64,000 nt of DNA from Lingula anatina (Eukaryota; Animalia; Brachiopoda), in assembly GCA_051362555.1 (NCBI GenBank), contig CM120645.1:20708001-20772000 (forward strand), given 5' to 3'. Shown here one piece after another: positions 41,562 to 55,014 of the stretch. The notes below the pieces were generated by a model. It ran no database searches. It saw nothing but the letters and a program-made list of their open reading frames with translations, and was not told the DNA's origin. Position 1 is the first letter of the stretch. Each line of letters begins with the position of its first letter. A program made the translations under genes and the position numbers.

Positions 41562-42852
41562 CTGTACATATATAAAATCATAATTTGTAAGGGTTATTTG
41601 CTCACAAATGGTTCACTTGCTTACAAATGGTGCAATAGCTTACTAAAAAGATCAAGCTTATACCAAGAGAACACTTTATTGTGTGAACATGTGCATTTCC
41701 ATGTGAGTAGGATTATTTTTTCAAAAAAAAAAAAAAAAAACTGGTATTTACCTGGTATCACAAGGATACAACTATCTGACACTAAATGTCAATGACTGGT
41801 GTCTTTTTTACTTGCAGTAATTCAGCATAAAATTGTAGCTATCAGATGTTCTTAAATATACAGCCTTTTAAAGTTTACACAGACACACCTGCTCAGAGTC
41901 AATACATAACAGGGGACAAAAAAATGTAGACAATAAGTTATTTAAATGTCGGCAAATAACAACTATACTTTTCTAGAAGTTAGTCAACAACAATTGCACT
42001 TACCTGAACAGGCTGTTAATAAACTTCTTTTTTTAAAAATACATCAGGTAATGCAAAATGTGATCAAAATGCTTTTCAAGTAACCTCAAAGCATTTCTGA
42101 TATGATGCAGCTTACGTAGTGTATTAACTCTAATACATAGTAATACTTTAGACAGGCACTTTTTGCAAGTGACAAAATTCTTTAAAATAAATAGCAGTTA
42201 CTGTCTTATTTCAATAAAAATACAAAGTCACATATGACTTCAGAAATGCATCTAAAAGTCATTGTCTGAAAACAATGACACTTATATAGTGCTATGATAG
42301 GAAAATTCAATCAGAAAAGCATACACTTTTTACCCCCCCAGGACTGCACTATCAAACTCACTGCAAACAGAAATACAACTCATCATCCCCATTGATTGTA
42401 CAAAAAGATTCCATCAAAGCAAAAATCAATCTCGACTATTACCTTGATAGAATCTTCTTTATAATTCCCATAAATCTACAGAGAACTCCTATAGCTGTTG
42501 GCCACTGCCCACGGATTAATTACAATTAATATAATCATCATGTTAGTATAGTAGGGATAAGCACATATTTGACTAATAAATGACAGAAAACAATGGCTGT
42601 GAAGAAGCAAAAGTGACTTCAGTGACAAAAATGAACCTACCTGAGCAAATTTTACTTTCATATATGCATACACACATACATACGTACTTCATGCATGCAC
42701 ATACCCACTCACACACATACATATACATATATAAGGCTGTATGCAAAGGCCCAAACTACAACAAAAGTTCTTATATGACTAATCAGCATTTTGTTTAAGT
42801 TATCAAGTACCATAATAGTTTAGTGTATATATATATATATATATATATATTC

Positions 42853-43078
42853 AATATCTCCAACAAGCTGGATATGTTTTTGTTTCCGTTGGTTCTGTCT
42901 GCCTGTTGGCAACATTATGCAAAAAGTCAAGGACGGATTTGATGAAATTTTCAGGATTGGTCAAAATTGGGTTAACTTGATTAGATTAGATTTTGGTGAT
43001 TATTAATTTATTAATTATGGTTATGATAACTTTAATATCTGTCTTGGTGGAGGTCTGGACACTGAGTGCTTTTCTAGT
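42853..43078 (+). mobile_element. Short old HINE-like element (second family)
   Basis: Ends CTTGGTGGAGGTCTG...GAGTGCTTTTCTAGT; has a TCTG-type microsatellite remnant and GATTTGATGAAATTTTCAGGAT shared with the other copies. Confidence 0.7.
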
Positions 43079-43769
43079 ATAATATATAGCAATTCGCAAA
43101 ATTTGATAACAATGGAGTGCTCCCCTTCCTCTAATTCAAAATGTCTGAGAAAGATCTCAATTATGAAAGCACCATTAACCATCAAACAGTCTCATGGCTT
43201 CCTGTGATTCCACTCTTACTTTTTTTTGTGTGTGCAGCAATCCTTGTTTAATTACAACAAATCAATATACTCCTTCTACAATGCTTAGCAGTTTCAATTT
43301 CCTGTGATCAAAACTTCCAATCAATCTCATAACTTTTTTATTTCGTCTTGTTCAAGATTCCTTTTTTTTTTTTTTTTTTTTTGTATGCCATTTCATTTTT
43401 TTCTATCCCTGAGCTAGTCATTCTTTTATTACTGACATGCAAAATTGCTGAAAACTATGAGTAAAAGAAAGAATTGGTGACTCAAGCATAGCTTTACAAA
43501 GTGTTCAACTGCATACTGCACGTATATAGTAATACACAATACTGGCAATCTCTCGTTCAGACCATTTGCAGTGAGCTAGCTCATTAATGAACAGGACTTT
43601 GATAAATATTGCTAAGTTTTGTAGATTGCAAAGTGTTATTTTACATATGTATAACTTATTACAAACTGCAAATAAAAAGCAGAATTTCATCAACTTTTCT
43701 GCTGGAATTGGTCTTCCCTACAAAATCAAAAGGGCCAGCTCTCATTTCAATTTACGGCACTTGATTTAT

Positions 43770-43985
43770 CAGTCCTGTAGACAGGGGGATCAGGGGTGAA
43801 AAAGAAATGCCCTTTTTCCTGGGAAAGATCAGCACTAAATCATTATTTGGACTAAGCTTTATGTCATTTCTTGAGTTGGGTCAAGTAAGAAAGGTTTTTT
43901 TAAATTTTTTTTAGAAAAAAACCCTCCCCCCCCCCCCTCCAAGAGAACACCTCTTCCCTTTTGAAACTGCCCAGTAATAGGCCTG
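43770..43985 (+). mobile_element. MITE family B, degraded copy
   Basis: CAGTCCTGTAGACAGGGGG...TTTGAAACTGC...AGGCCTG; flanks TTTAT/TTTAT. Confidence 0.72.
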
Positions 43986-44784
43986 TTTATCAAGAATTTT
44001 TTGTTTAAAGCATGTGCTTGTGGCGAAACCTGTGAAAATTTTTGCACCAGTTGACTAAAAAATCAGAAACATATTAACTGATACCATACATATCCTCAAA
44101 TTATATTGTTTTTTTATTGTATTATACTCAAAGGTCAAAGGTCAACCCAAAGTCCAATCTTAAATTCTCATGAAGGTCTTCCTGTTCACCTTTAGTAGTA
44201 AAGCTTAAAACTGTGCCCATTTGTCCTTGGTTTATGATCATATATTACACATTACTTGATAAACCTGAAAGATTCTTACCAAGTTACCAAATGATTGATG
44301 TCCCACCTCTGAAAATGCACTGATTGAACCCTCAAATCAGACAGCTTCAAGTGGAGACTACAAGTCTATGCAATCCCAGAACATCCTACGAAAACACAGG
44401 TCTTTGTAGTTGCTGGGAAGCACAGGCAAAAGAGACTTTGTATCCAGCAGATTCAGCAGCTAAAGGCCAACGCCAAGGTACCTCCTGTGCCTGCATCTTA
44501 TCCTCTGACCATATGAAGATGAAGTTACATATAACAATTCAGCTAAACAAGAGAGAAAAACCTGCATGTGCGTTTCATTTATGTAGCACTGCTGCTAATG
44601 AAGGTCAATACTTGTGACCCACATAAATAATTACTGTATTGTAGTATAAATTTACTTATTTTGTTGCTGCCAGTTTGGATTTAACCAATGGCAAAGGGCC
44701 AAAGAGACACGCCTCCAAACTTTCCTTTTTGTGAGTATAAAGGTTTAATAATACAAAATACACAATTTAACTCCCTAGCTTTGC

Positions 44785-44958
44785 CAGGGGCAGACGGAGG
44801 CCCTCTTCTGGGTCTTCTGGCAGACCGTCTGTCTGAATTTTTCCAGTTTACGTTGACGTGCATCTATTTTTTTCTGTCGGAGAATAGTCAAAAATGGAGG
44901 ATGGATCAACAGAGATAATTTGAAAGACTGTCAGAAAATATCTCTGAGTCTGTCCCCG
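44785..44958 (+). mobile_element. MITE family C, copy 3
   Basis: Homologous; flanks TTTGC/TTTCC (4/5 match). Confidence 0.82.
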
Positions 44959-45520
44959 TTTCCTGTTTAGATAAGAATTCTCTGCCAGACTAGTATAACT
45001 AGGTCAATTAAACAATGCTATGAGTACATCTTTTCATCCTATTTTTCCAATTAACAGGTTTCAAATACCTAGCATGGCTCAAACTGCTATTTCTAATCAA
45101 AAGATAAATTTAGCATGAGCCAATAATCTATAGGTTTCAGATATCACGAGAAAAAAACATTCTTATATGGTAAACATGCATTATAGCTTCAGTTACGTAA
45201 ACATTACTAGTAGAGAAAAAACAGCTGCAATCTAAGAAACATGTATGGTAATTACTTAAAATCTTCAAGCATTGCACCCACTGACTTTTCACTTCTTCTA
45301 GATTTTTATTATCTTAAGCTATTCTGAAACCTTTAATGTCTGACCCAAAGTTAACTAGCTTTTCAAAACTTTAAAATAATCATTTCCAAGTATTTATTAC
45401 AATGGAAATTGTGCCCTTTGCGTAAGTAGTATTTCATTTTATTCTACATTATTGAATAATTACCATACAAAATAATCCTCCCATACAAATACACTGGCTG
45501 AAAAACTACTATGATTTCAC

Positions 45521-45542
45521 AAAAAAAAAAAAAAATAAATAA

Positions 45543-45606
<64 letters not shown>
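45521..45606. repeat. poly-A/(AAAT)n/(AT)n microsatellite
   Basis: Directly visible. Confidence 0.95.
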
Positions 45607-45608
<2 letters not shown>

Positions 45609-46024
45609 GCAATAGCTAAGAGCACATTGTTAACACATTGACTTATATCAGTCTAGATAGTTCTAATTGTCCAATTCTTCCTAACAATTGAAGGTAACTG
45701 TATGAACCATTTTTGACGATAATCCTACCAGTTAAAAGAACAACCAGAAAAGTTCCAAGGATCACGGTAAGGAAGGAACATTCACTTTGAAAACGTTTGA
45801 AAACTAACTCTTACTGTAACAGGCAATTAAACCAGTGAATAATAAGAACAGAAAATCACTCAAAGATACATATGTCACATAAGGCGCATTTGTACAAATT
45901 GGAAATGTTCTTAAAAGATTACCATAGGGCCATCCACAGTGCAGGTCTGTGGAGTGAGGTTTATAAAAAAAAGTCTAGCAATGCATTGGACAGCTGACTG
46001 TCATCCTATGACACATTCTAGACC

Positions 46025-46172
46025 CAGGCCTACCCAACTACCAGACTCGGCACCGAATGATCCTGAATTCACTGGTAGATTGGACGACATTACCCATTTT
46101 TAAGGTGTGTAGTCTGATCTATCGGTGAATTCGGGATCATTCGGTGCTAAGTCTGGTAGTTGGGTAGGCCTG
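46025..46172. mobile_element. Foldback MITE (~60-bp arms, CAGGCC ends, 5-bp TSD)
   Basis: CAGGCCTACCCAACTACCAGACT...AGTCTGGTAGTTGGGTAGGCCTG near-perfect inverted arms around a ~26-bp spacer; flanks AGACC/AGACC. Confidence 0.9.
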
Positions 46173-46414
46173 AGACCTAAAGTGCTTTCTGTGTGAACGC
46201 GCCTAATGTCTCTGCATACTTTATGCTGTCACCTTGTCTAAACTGTATACAGCAATGAGTAAATTCAGAACCCATCCATTAAAACAAGAAAACCTTTTTT
46301 TCATTAGAAGCACTCTTTTTCCGTGTTATCCTTATAAAATTTGTCCTTCAATGGAAGGAAAATACCCCCCTAACTTGTGTCCCAGGACTAGATATTCCAT
46401 AAGTAATATATGAC

Positions 46415-46628
46415 AATCAAGTTGTACAACAAATCTCTCGTTTTTTTTCATAAACTGTGATCCCATGAAATATTTACATAGCTATTTTGCCAGCACTGAG
46501 AGTGCATTGTTGCCACTGTGACGATTGTAATCAAGTTATACAACAAATCCCTAGTTTTTTTTTTTCAGTAACAGTGATCCCATGAAATATTTAGATAGTG
46601 CATTGTTGCCACTGTGACGATTGTAAGA
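46415..46628. repeat. Imperfect local tandem duplication (~100-115 bp)
   Basis: GTGATCCCATGAAATATTTA and AGTGCATTGTTGCCACTGTGACGATTGTAA each occur twice. Confidence 0.85.
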
Positions 46629-49010
46629 CGTACGTCCTGTATGACTTTGACTATCCGTCTTAGTCAAGGGTATGACTGTAAGACGCACGTACTATACGAC
46701 TATGACCAAGTCAGAAAGACAATGTCAATGGAATATCCAATCTGGCAAAAATCTCATTACATCATAATTGCTATTGATACCATAAATTTACATTAATGAA
46801 TATCCAATTTGTTTGACTGATAGTTGCTATAAATGACCTGATTATAATATATTTATCTTGAACAAGGGAAGGGAAAGGTAGAGAATGGAATCAACATATT
46901 TATTCTCTTTTTTCCAACTGTAAAAAAAATCACACCTGAAAAGAAAATGTAGCTAATGAAAGCTGCATACCAAACAGATGAAAGCAAAACTTTCACTCTT
47001 TTGATGAAATGCCTGGAAGTTGTGTAACAAAAGATGTATACAAAAAATTCATGGACTGTGGAAAAATAGTGGAAACAGCAATGACTCCAAAATAGATATC
47101 AATCAATAACCACACATAAAAAAGAGAAGAAAAGAAAAAAATCTAACAGAGAGAGAGAGACAGGAAGTAAGCATGAAAAAGCCACTGAGACAGAGCTCAG
47201 CAGCTGGCAAAAGTGAAAAGCAAAACAGAAAAAAAAATGCAAGTTCACCTCCTTTCACGTTTTGCCATTAAGGCATCAAAGATAAATTATTTCCTCTTAT
47301 AAGTTCTGACAGGAATTATGATAAAGATCAAAACAGATCATATGTATTACATGGATATCATGATCAATCCTGGCAGGTAGAATTGAGAAACAATATTCTC
47401 TATCACCTGATTTCACACATCTCACTAACAAAGAAGAGATGAGCATCATCTTTTTGTTTACTTACTTAGCTTAATACCCTTGACATTCTCATGTCAGTGT
47501 TAAGTTTTTTCCTTTGAGACATGACAAAAACAGTAAGAATTCAAATACCTTTGCTATCAATTCTTCATTGTCTGAGAGTATATTTATCAGACAGGTGGGA
47601 GTGGGAAATGTTTTCATCACATACATGTACATGTAGACGCTCTATTAATCTACAGACTGAGATGAAAAAGAGAATCTTTAACAAAATTGTTTCAATACAA
47701 GGTGCATAGCTCAACATGCATATGAGGGGTCTTGGGGGGGGGGAGGAAATACTACACTGGAAGACTTTTATCCCAGTGTGTAATTGATGCTTGTTACTGG
47801 ACCATCATTTATAAAATATGTTACAGGGTCTCTCAGAAACCCTTGAAATATGTCTTTTATCTCTCAAATTTTATACCTATTAAGAATTATGTATATCATA
47901 CATATTAGATATTATATTTATTATATATCATATATAGCAAGGGAAAACATGCAACAAAATGATGCCAACAGAAAAAGGATAAGAGACGAAATGAAAAAGC
48001 AATTGGACAAAATATACAAATAAATATGAATAAATGTCATCACATAAAAATAACAGTTACTCACCTCATCAGATCAACAGCCCTTGCTTCACTGGATAAA
48101 TCTTCCTGTCTTCCAGGTTTTATCTTCTGGATAAAGGTCTGGACATGACATATTGCATGCCCCAGACAAAAGTTTACTTGCAGAAAAATACGCGGTCAGG
48201 AAACACTCAAAGACAGTCAAATCACACAGATGAAATGACAGCTTCTTCCAACAGCATGGCAAAAAGTAGTGTTTAAATTTGAGGGGCCCCAATGAAAAAA
48301 ACGGACTGTGACTTGTTATTTTCAATACTGAAGAGGAGCCCCAGGGTTCAAACCTGAATGTGACTTGACTTTTTATAATGAAAAAGTTTCACAGGGAACT
48401 TAGCATAATATTATCATACAATAGAGCAATCATATTTTTTCAGTACTGATGACCCCCCCTCCCTTTGGGCAAATATGTAACAAAATTTATCTGGAATTTG
48501 TGCATGTGTATATATTTATAAATTAAATGATACAATAAAATAAAATCAATTCAACAATCATATCAATCACGATTAAAGTCAATATAACAAAATAACCAAC
48601 CGAGAGAAATGGCAATATAATTAAAAGAAACCATCAGCTATTACAGCAATCATTTATGGTGGTTTTCATAGCCAGCCAAAAATCAATTGTTTATGACAGG
48701 TATATACAAGTTTGACTTGAACAGGTTTAAAAGCTCAGAAGGTAAGATCTCTCTCTTCTGGAACTCTGGAGGCAAAAAAAAAAAAAGCCTTAACTCAACG
48801 ACTTATGTTTGGCAATCAAATCATCCAAAGTAATTATACGTTAGAAAAACACTCACTAAAAACAACAGTAATCCCATTAAAATGTCACTCTGGCATCTAC
48901 TGTGTGTTTTGGGGCAGACTAGCAAATTCATATGTGGCAAAATGACAACAAAAAAATATGACATTTCAATTTTTCTCCAAATCACACTTACATTCAAACT
49001 TAGTAGAGAC

Positions 49011-49066
49011 CACACACACACACACACGCATGAACACACACACGAATACACACACATGCACACACG

Positions 49067-49098
<32 letters not shown>
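49011..49098. repeat. (CA)n imperfect microsatellite
   Basis: Directly visible. Confidence 0.93.
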
Positions 49099-49100
<2 letters not shown>

Positions 49101-50166
49101 ATTGCAGCAATAATTCTACAGTATGAAACCTGTAACTGTCATATGTGAGCTGATTCTAAAATAATTTTCAAAATTCTCAATTTTATATTAATTTATGATA
49201 TTTACCTATCAAAAAAGTTTGAACATTTAAATATTTAACATGCTATTGCAGTTGCAGCAATTATGGATCATACTTTACTGCATTATTTGGCATACCTCTA
49301 CAAACTTGAGAGACCAATATACAAGACATGTTTATGACAAGAAATTGGAGGAAGGCACTGTACTAATGCTATTTTCAGCTGCATGACCCAATTATGAAAT
49401 CAATTTGGTTTATCCTTTGACATACAGAGTCTGACTTAATTTATTGAGTTGTATAAGAAACTAATAGAAGTGGTTTATATGTTTTACAGAGAATCTAAAC
49501 TTTGTAATTATTTCATTTTTAGAAAAAATTGGTATTTCCCAATTTGTGAGAAATATGTAAAAATTTACAATATTCCAATATCTCAGTAATTAAGATAGTG
49601 CAGTGCATATATACAAAGCACATGGGATATGGTTGTATCCAAGTGAAGGCAGAGAGTAGGCAATTTTTCCCTTTCATATAAGGAATCGCAATTTTAAAAT
49701 CAAACGCCTCAACTTTTACTTGAATGCCATTGGTTCCAATGAATGTATGGCATTCACTCCAATGAATGTTTTGAAGAAGTGGCCATCGTATTTTATCAAT
49801 TGAAGACATGTCAAAAAAGGTCAGATGAGTAATTAATAAACTTTAAAGGCTTAAAATTGGTACATATAAAAAAATTCCTTTAGAGGCACAATTTGTTGAG
49901 AACCCACTGCTTTTTATTAGAGGCTTTAATTGCTTTTATTTTCTCTTCTGGTAAAAATTAGATTTTCTTGCGTTGGCAGAGCATTCGTCATTTAACAAGT
50001 TGATCATGCATGGAGCTTAGAGAAACATATAAGTGAAAGCTATTATTAAAGGGGGGGGGGTATTGTCCATTTAAGGAACAGAATGTAATTCAAAGCTAAT
50101 TATCAAGGAAACTTCAAACTCTTGTATTTCTGTACTCTATTGTACATATGGAATACACTAGCACAT

Positions 50167-50341
50167 CAGGCCTGTAGCCAGGGGGGGTTCGGGGGGTTCT
50201 TTTGAAAGAACCCCCCCTTTTTTGCTGGAAAAAGGTCCACTCTGGGTAAAATTTGACCTAGGTATATGGGGATTATATGGTAAAAGGTCCACTTTTTCAG
50301 AAAAAGAACCCCCCCCTTTGAAATTGCTGGCTACGGGCCTG
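50167..50341 (+). mobile_element. MITE family B copy
   Basis: Aligns end to end with 10990-11155; flanks CACAT/CACAT. Confidence 0.9.
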
Positions 50342-50688
50342 CACATATACTAAGTACTGGTACCTTTTAAAGATTTGATTATGACAAAAGTTTTAACATG
50401 ACATAAGCATGCAGTCACAATAAAGTGCATAATACTAATACTGTCTTTTGTTATCAAAATGATTCACCAACTTGAAGTTGTTTTTAAACTTGGGTAATAA
50501 TACAGTCTTTTGCTCTCAAAATGATTCGCCAACTTGAAGTTGTTGTTTTTTTTTTTTTTTAACTAATTTAAAGATAAAAACGGAATTATACATGACTCCT
50601 CAGTTCTCCATGCAGATTGTCACCACATGACATCAGCGACAAATTAATCTCAGTTCACTGAAGAAGACCTCTCATGTCTTCTACAATT

Positions 50689-50854
50689 CAGAGTGGTTTG
50701 AGGTGGTCTTCTGGGTCTTTCAGGAGATGGTCAGATTTTTAAATTTACATAATAGGCATTTAATTTTTTTCTGCCAAAGATGGTCAAAAATGGAGGATGG
50801 ATCAACAAAGATAATTTGGAAGACTGTCAGAAAATATCTCTGGATCCACCCCTG
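50689..50854 (+). mobile_element. MITE family C, copy 4
   Basis: Homologous; left TIR decayed, right end GGATCCACCCCTG. Confidence 0.8.
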
Positions 50855-51871
50855 CGATATTCCTACATAATTAATGTAGCTAACATCACATCAGGGAAAA
50901 AACATTTTATCATACCAGGAGGCAAACCATAAATATATTCTTCTCCTTAAAAGCATTCAGTGAAGCTTGCTGCAAGGAATTCCAATCAAATAACCTTGGT
51001 TTCAATATTTTATGCTTTTATGACACTTTAGTCAAAATGAGCTTAGCCAAGGAAGTCAATTTTTTGCAGTCACATCAAATTTTATAATATTAGTGACATA
51101 AGTGTGTTGCTGGAAAAGTCGCATCAAATATTTCCATGAAGGTCACAGTATCTTCTATAAAGTGACAAGAAACAATAGTTTTATAGGTCTTTACATAAGA
51201 CATAATATTACTGTCCCACTCATTGGTCTAAACTCTAACCATGGCATGAAATAATCTCAATCCAATTTTATCAATTGACCTGTTTTGCAGACATAAGTGT
51301 AAAATCACCCATCTGAAAAAATACCTTTACCCCTTCCGAAAAATTTGACACTTAGTCAAAACAAGGTGAATTTCTTGCTTGATTAATTTACCAATATATA
51401 ACTTAACGAAACATTACAACTATATTACCTAGAGAAAAACATTAAGATTTGACATTATTTAACATGGTAATGATTAAAATTAAGGCCTTAATATGCTGAT
51501 ATTCCGTTGAAAATGCCTTTTGATGGTGCTTCCAATGAATGGAAAAGTAAAACTGACACTGGAACTTAAGAAAAAAGTATAGAAAACTTTATCCAAACTT
51601 ATTTTGATGGAGCCTTTAGGGCCAATTGCTTGAACCACATCTTGAAAGAAGTTAAGGTTTCTATCAAGAAGAGTCATTATTTGTTATGTCTCTTATCTTA
51701 TTAACCCACAAAATGTGCACTAAAATAAGATGAAAATGATAATGGAATATTCCCACCAATTTCAGAACAGCCAAGATTAAAATAATGAAATCTATGCCCA
51801 CTAACAACAAGCATTTGTTCTCAAAAATCTAGTTAGGTAAATCATGTGGAATGCACCTTAACAAAATCTAA

Positions 51872-52140
51872 AACTAAAAAGCACTCAAATATTTGCAGAT
51901 CTATGCCAGAAAAGGGCAATTACTGAAAAGAATAACAGAAAAATTATCTTTTTAAAGTATTTAGAGAATGAGATTCAGTTGCAATTGTAATAATTTCTTT
52001 TTTCTTTCCCCCCTGAATAACTATCTTGAAAATTCCATCAAAGTTTACGGAGTACTTTTTGAGATATCTTGACCGTTACATAAACAGACAAGCACTGACT
52101 GAAACCAATGTCAATGACAATGTTACATTAGCGGAGTTCA
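51872..52140 (-). mobile_element. Short old HINE-like element, highly degraded
   Basis: AACTAAAAAGCACTC start, GAAAATTCCATCAAA...ACTTTTTGAGATATCTTG...AAACAGACA...GCGGAG end. Confidence 0.5.
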
Positions 52141-53062
52141 TGATGAGAACGACACCCTTGCCCTTGGTGAGCTTCCAAACCAATGCAATCAGCCGACAGT
52201 TACCAGGTACAAAGCCAATCACACAGACAAGAACATAACTGAAGGTATTCTTTCCTGAATACAGTTGCAATTGCTTCTGACTGTCTGACACTAAGAAGCA
52301 AAATCAGATTTATCAGGAGACGGTTTGACTGGAAATTGGCAAAGAATAGAAAGAAATTGAGCAAATGTGGATGAAAGGGGCAAATTCTTCAAAGAAATTA
52401 TGGTATTTAAACAAGAGTTAAATGATTTATGCTGTGGGGGATTTTTCCCAACAAACTGGATTTTGATCAAAGAGTAATTTTCACTGGTCAACAAAGTCCA
52501 TATTATGAAAGTACAGAAGTGTTTGTGAGTCAAGCATAAATACAATGCAAGAAAACTCATATCAAACTATAAGTCTCTAATACTACTACTATAACTCAAA
52601 AAATGAAATTTCTTTCATATAACAAAACAGTACTCTAACAATTTCTTTGCAAAACATTTTCATGTTTTAGGGCATTTTTTTCTATTTTCTTTTAACATTT
52701 CATAATTAAAACTAAACTAAACCAAGAATCCCTTAAAACTGTCTCTATTCAACCATTCCCCCAAAAAATCAAAAATAAAATAAATTATAATAAATAAAAT
52801 AAAATAATGAAACAGAAAATTAACTTTTGTTCAAAATGAATATGAATCAACAATCCTTCTAAGCACCAGTTTTATACTTAAACACCTGGTGAGAGCAAAG
52901 AGATGCTGTAAAAATAGAAGCAGTTCAATCTCCCTTTGAATCCCTTCTCCGAGCAAAGCTCATCTGTGTTATTGTTTTTCTATGGTAAATGTTAAGTTCA
53001 CTTCTGTTAAAACATCAAACAAAGCACTTACATGGCTTGTTTAAAAGACTAATGAAAAATGT

Positions 53063-53093
<31 letters not shown>

Positions 53094-53878
53094 ACAGAAA
53101 GACTAACATATGTGCAGACACTAAACTAAAGAAATTATTGAAACTATAAACACCATGAAGTCTAGGTAGCAATGATGGCTGCAGAGACAGAAAAATTTTT
53201 TTCACATCAGCAATTTCAACCTCAGCACCTGGTAAGGCCTATATAAAAAAAAAAAACCAAGCATAAAAAATAAACATAGTTTCTAAAGGGAATTTAAAAC
53301 AACAAGATATAAAATGAAACTTAGGTTTGGTATTTACTGGGTGAACGGATTGTTTTACAGCTACAGTGAAAGCACTGGCATCAGATACAACTATTTGGAT
53401 AATGCTGAGATATACAGTCTACAGAGTCCTTATAATTGTGGTTGTGTACATAAAAATTGAACACTAACATCTAGTTCATACCGCTTTTAAATTGATCCTG
53501 CTTCCAGTTGCATGTACTTAAAGCAAGACAGGTACATGACAACTGTTCTGGGTGTCACATGAAGAGTCAAAAAGATGTGTATTAGCAAAGAAGTCCAGTT
53601 CACAAAAAGCTCAAGTGCTTGAAATAAGATTAGATTACTCAAATCTGATCTGACAGCCAACAATACAAAGCTGACAGAGCAATACTAGTCTAAGTGCTTT
53701 CAAATGATTAGCTGAGAAACGTATATGACATACCACCAAATAGGCTTGACACCAACGAGAATGAAAAAACCTTCACCAGGACAATTAAGTTTTTCTCAAG
53801 AGACTGAGTTTTAAAAAATTAAAAAGCTGCCACATACATTCTTTGCAAAACTTAGTTATCTTAGTCCTTGTGTCCTAA

Positions 53879-54181
53879 GATCGCATTCACAACGAGTTGA
53901 GCCAGGCTTTACAAATCCTGGGGACAAAATATGGCGGACGTACATGAAAGAAAAAAACCCCTAATCTTTTAATAGTCTCTCTGCCTCTCACATGCCTCCC
54001 CATGTGTCGTCCCAATGGAGCCGAGATTTAATGACTGTCCCCCCGCAGGGACGACGTGTGGGGAGGCGTGTGAGAGGCGGAGAGACTATTAAAAGATTAG
54101 GTGGTTTTTCTTTCATGTACCTCTGCCATATTTAGTCCCCAGGATTTGTAAAGCCTGGCTCAACTCGTTGTGAATGCGATC
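53879..54181. mobile_element. Foldback MITE (~135-bp arms, TAA TSD; PIF/Harbinger-like)
   Basis: Arms 53879-54013 and 54048-54181 are near-perfect reverse complements; TSD TAA at 53876-53878 and 54182-54184. Confidence 0.92.
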
Positions 54182-55014
54182 TAAGATTTACGCTTGTGAA
54201 ACAGGTCCTACAGGATTAATTTCCATTTCTCCAGCTTCATGTGAAACAGAAAATAAGAAATATAGCCAACAAGAGGCTCATCTGTTGTGATACAAATTCC
54301 TTGTTCTTAGTTAACCAAGCTACAAATATCATGCAATAGTGTCATTACTTCAGAAAGTGCATATACCAAAGGCTTGAGGCAATTCAGCACAGTGTCCATC
54401 TTCAAAAAAAATTGACAAGAAGTCAGTGTTAATTTTATTACCAAAACTCTTTGGTCTACTTTTACCTAAGATAAATCAGCAGTAGGCCACAGAAATTAGA
54501 TACTGAGCCTTTTTTATACAATTAAAAAGAAATCTAAATTTTGGATATGAAAGTTTAGACCAAATTTTTCTGTTTCAACATATTTTGTAGGAACTGGCCT
54601 TGGAACAGTTTATACTCTCTCAAAAGAAACCCATTCCAGTTATACTTTTGATACCTTGATTTCCTCCAATGATCAAACTACTCTTTATTTACTCATTTAA
54701 AATGCCATTTCCAAACATGGTCCCCAGATCTTTTCCTGAATACAGGCAACCAAATGACATTCATTAGCATCTTATAAGATTATAACCAACCCTTGGATTG
54801 CCAAGCGGAGACACCAACGAAATCAGAAAATGGCCATAGTAAAGAATGTCACTTCACCATTGACTACAGAGTGGAAGGATTGTGCCATTAGTAAAAACAC
54901 CAAGTTGAAGCTCTAACAGTCTTTAGTTTTCCCTATCGCATTATGTGGTGGCCATTAAAAACACAAATTGCAAATACCTACAAAGCTACCAAAGAGCGGT
55001 GCCTATCAGTAAGA

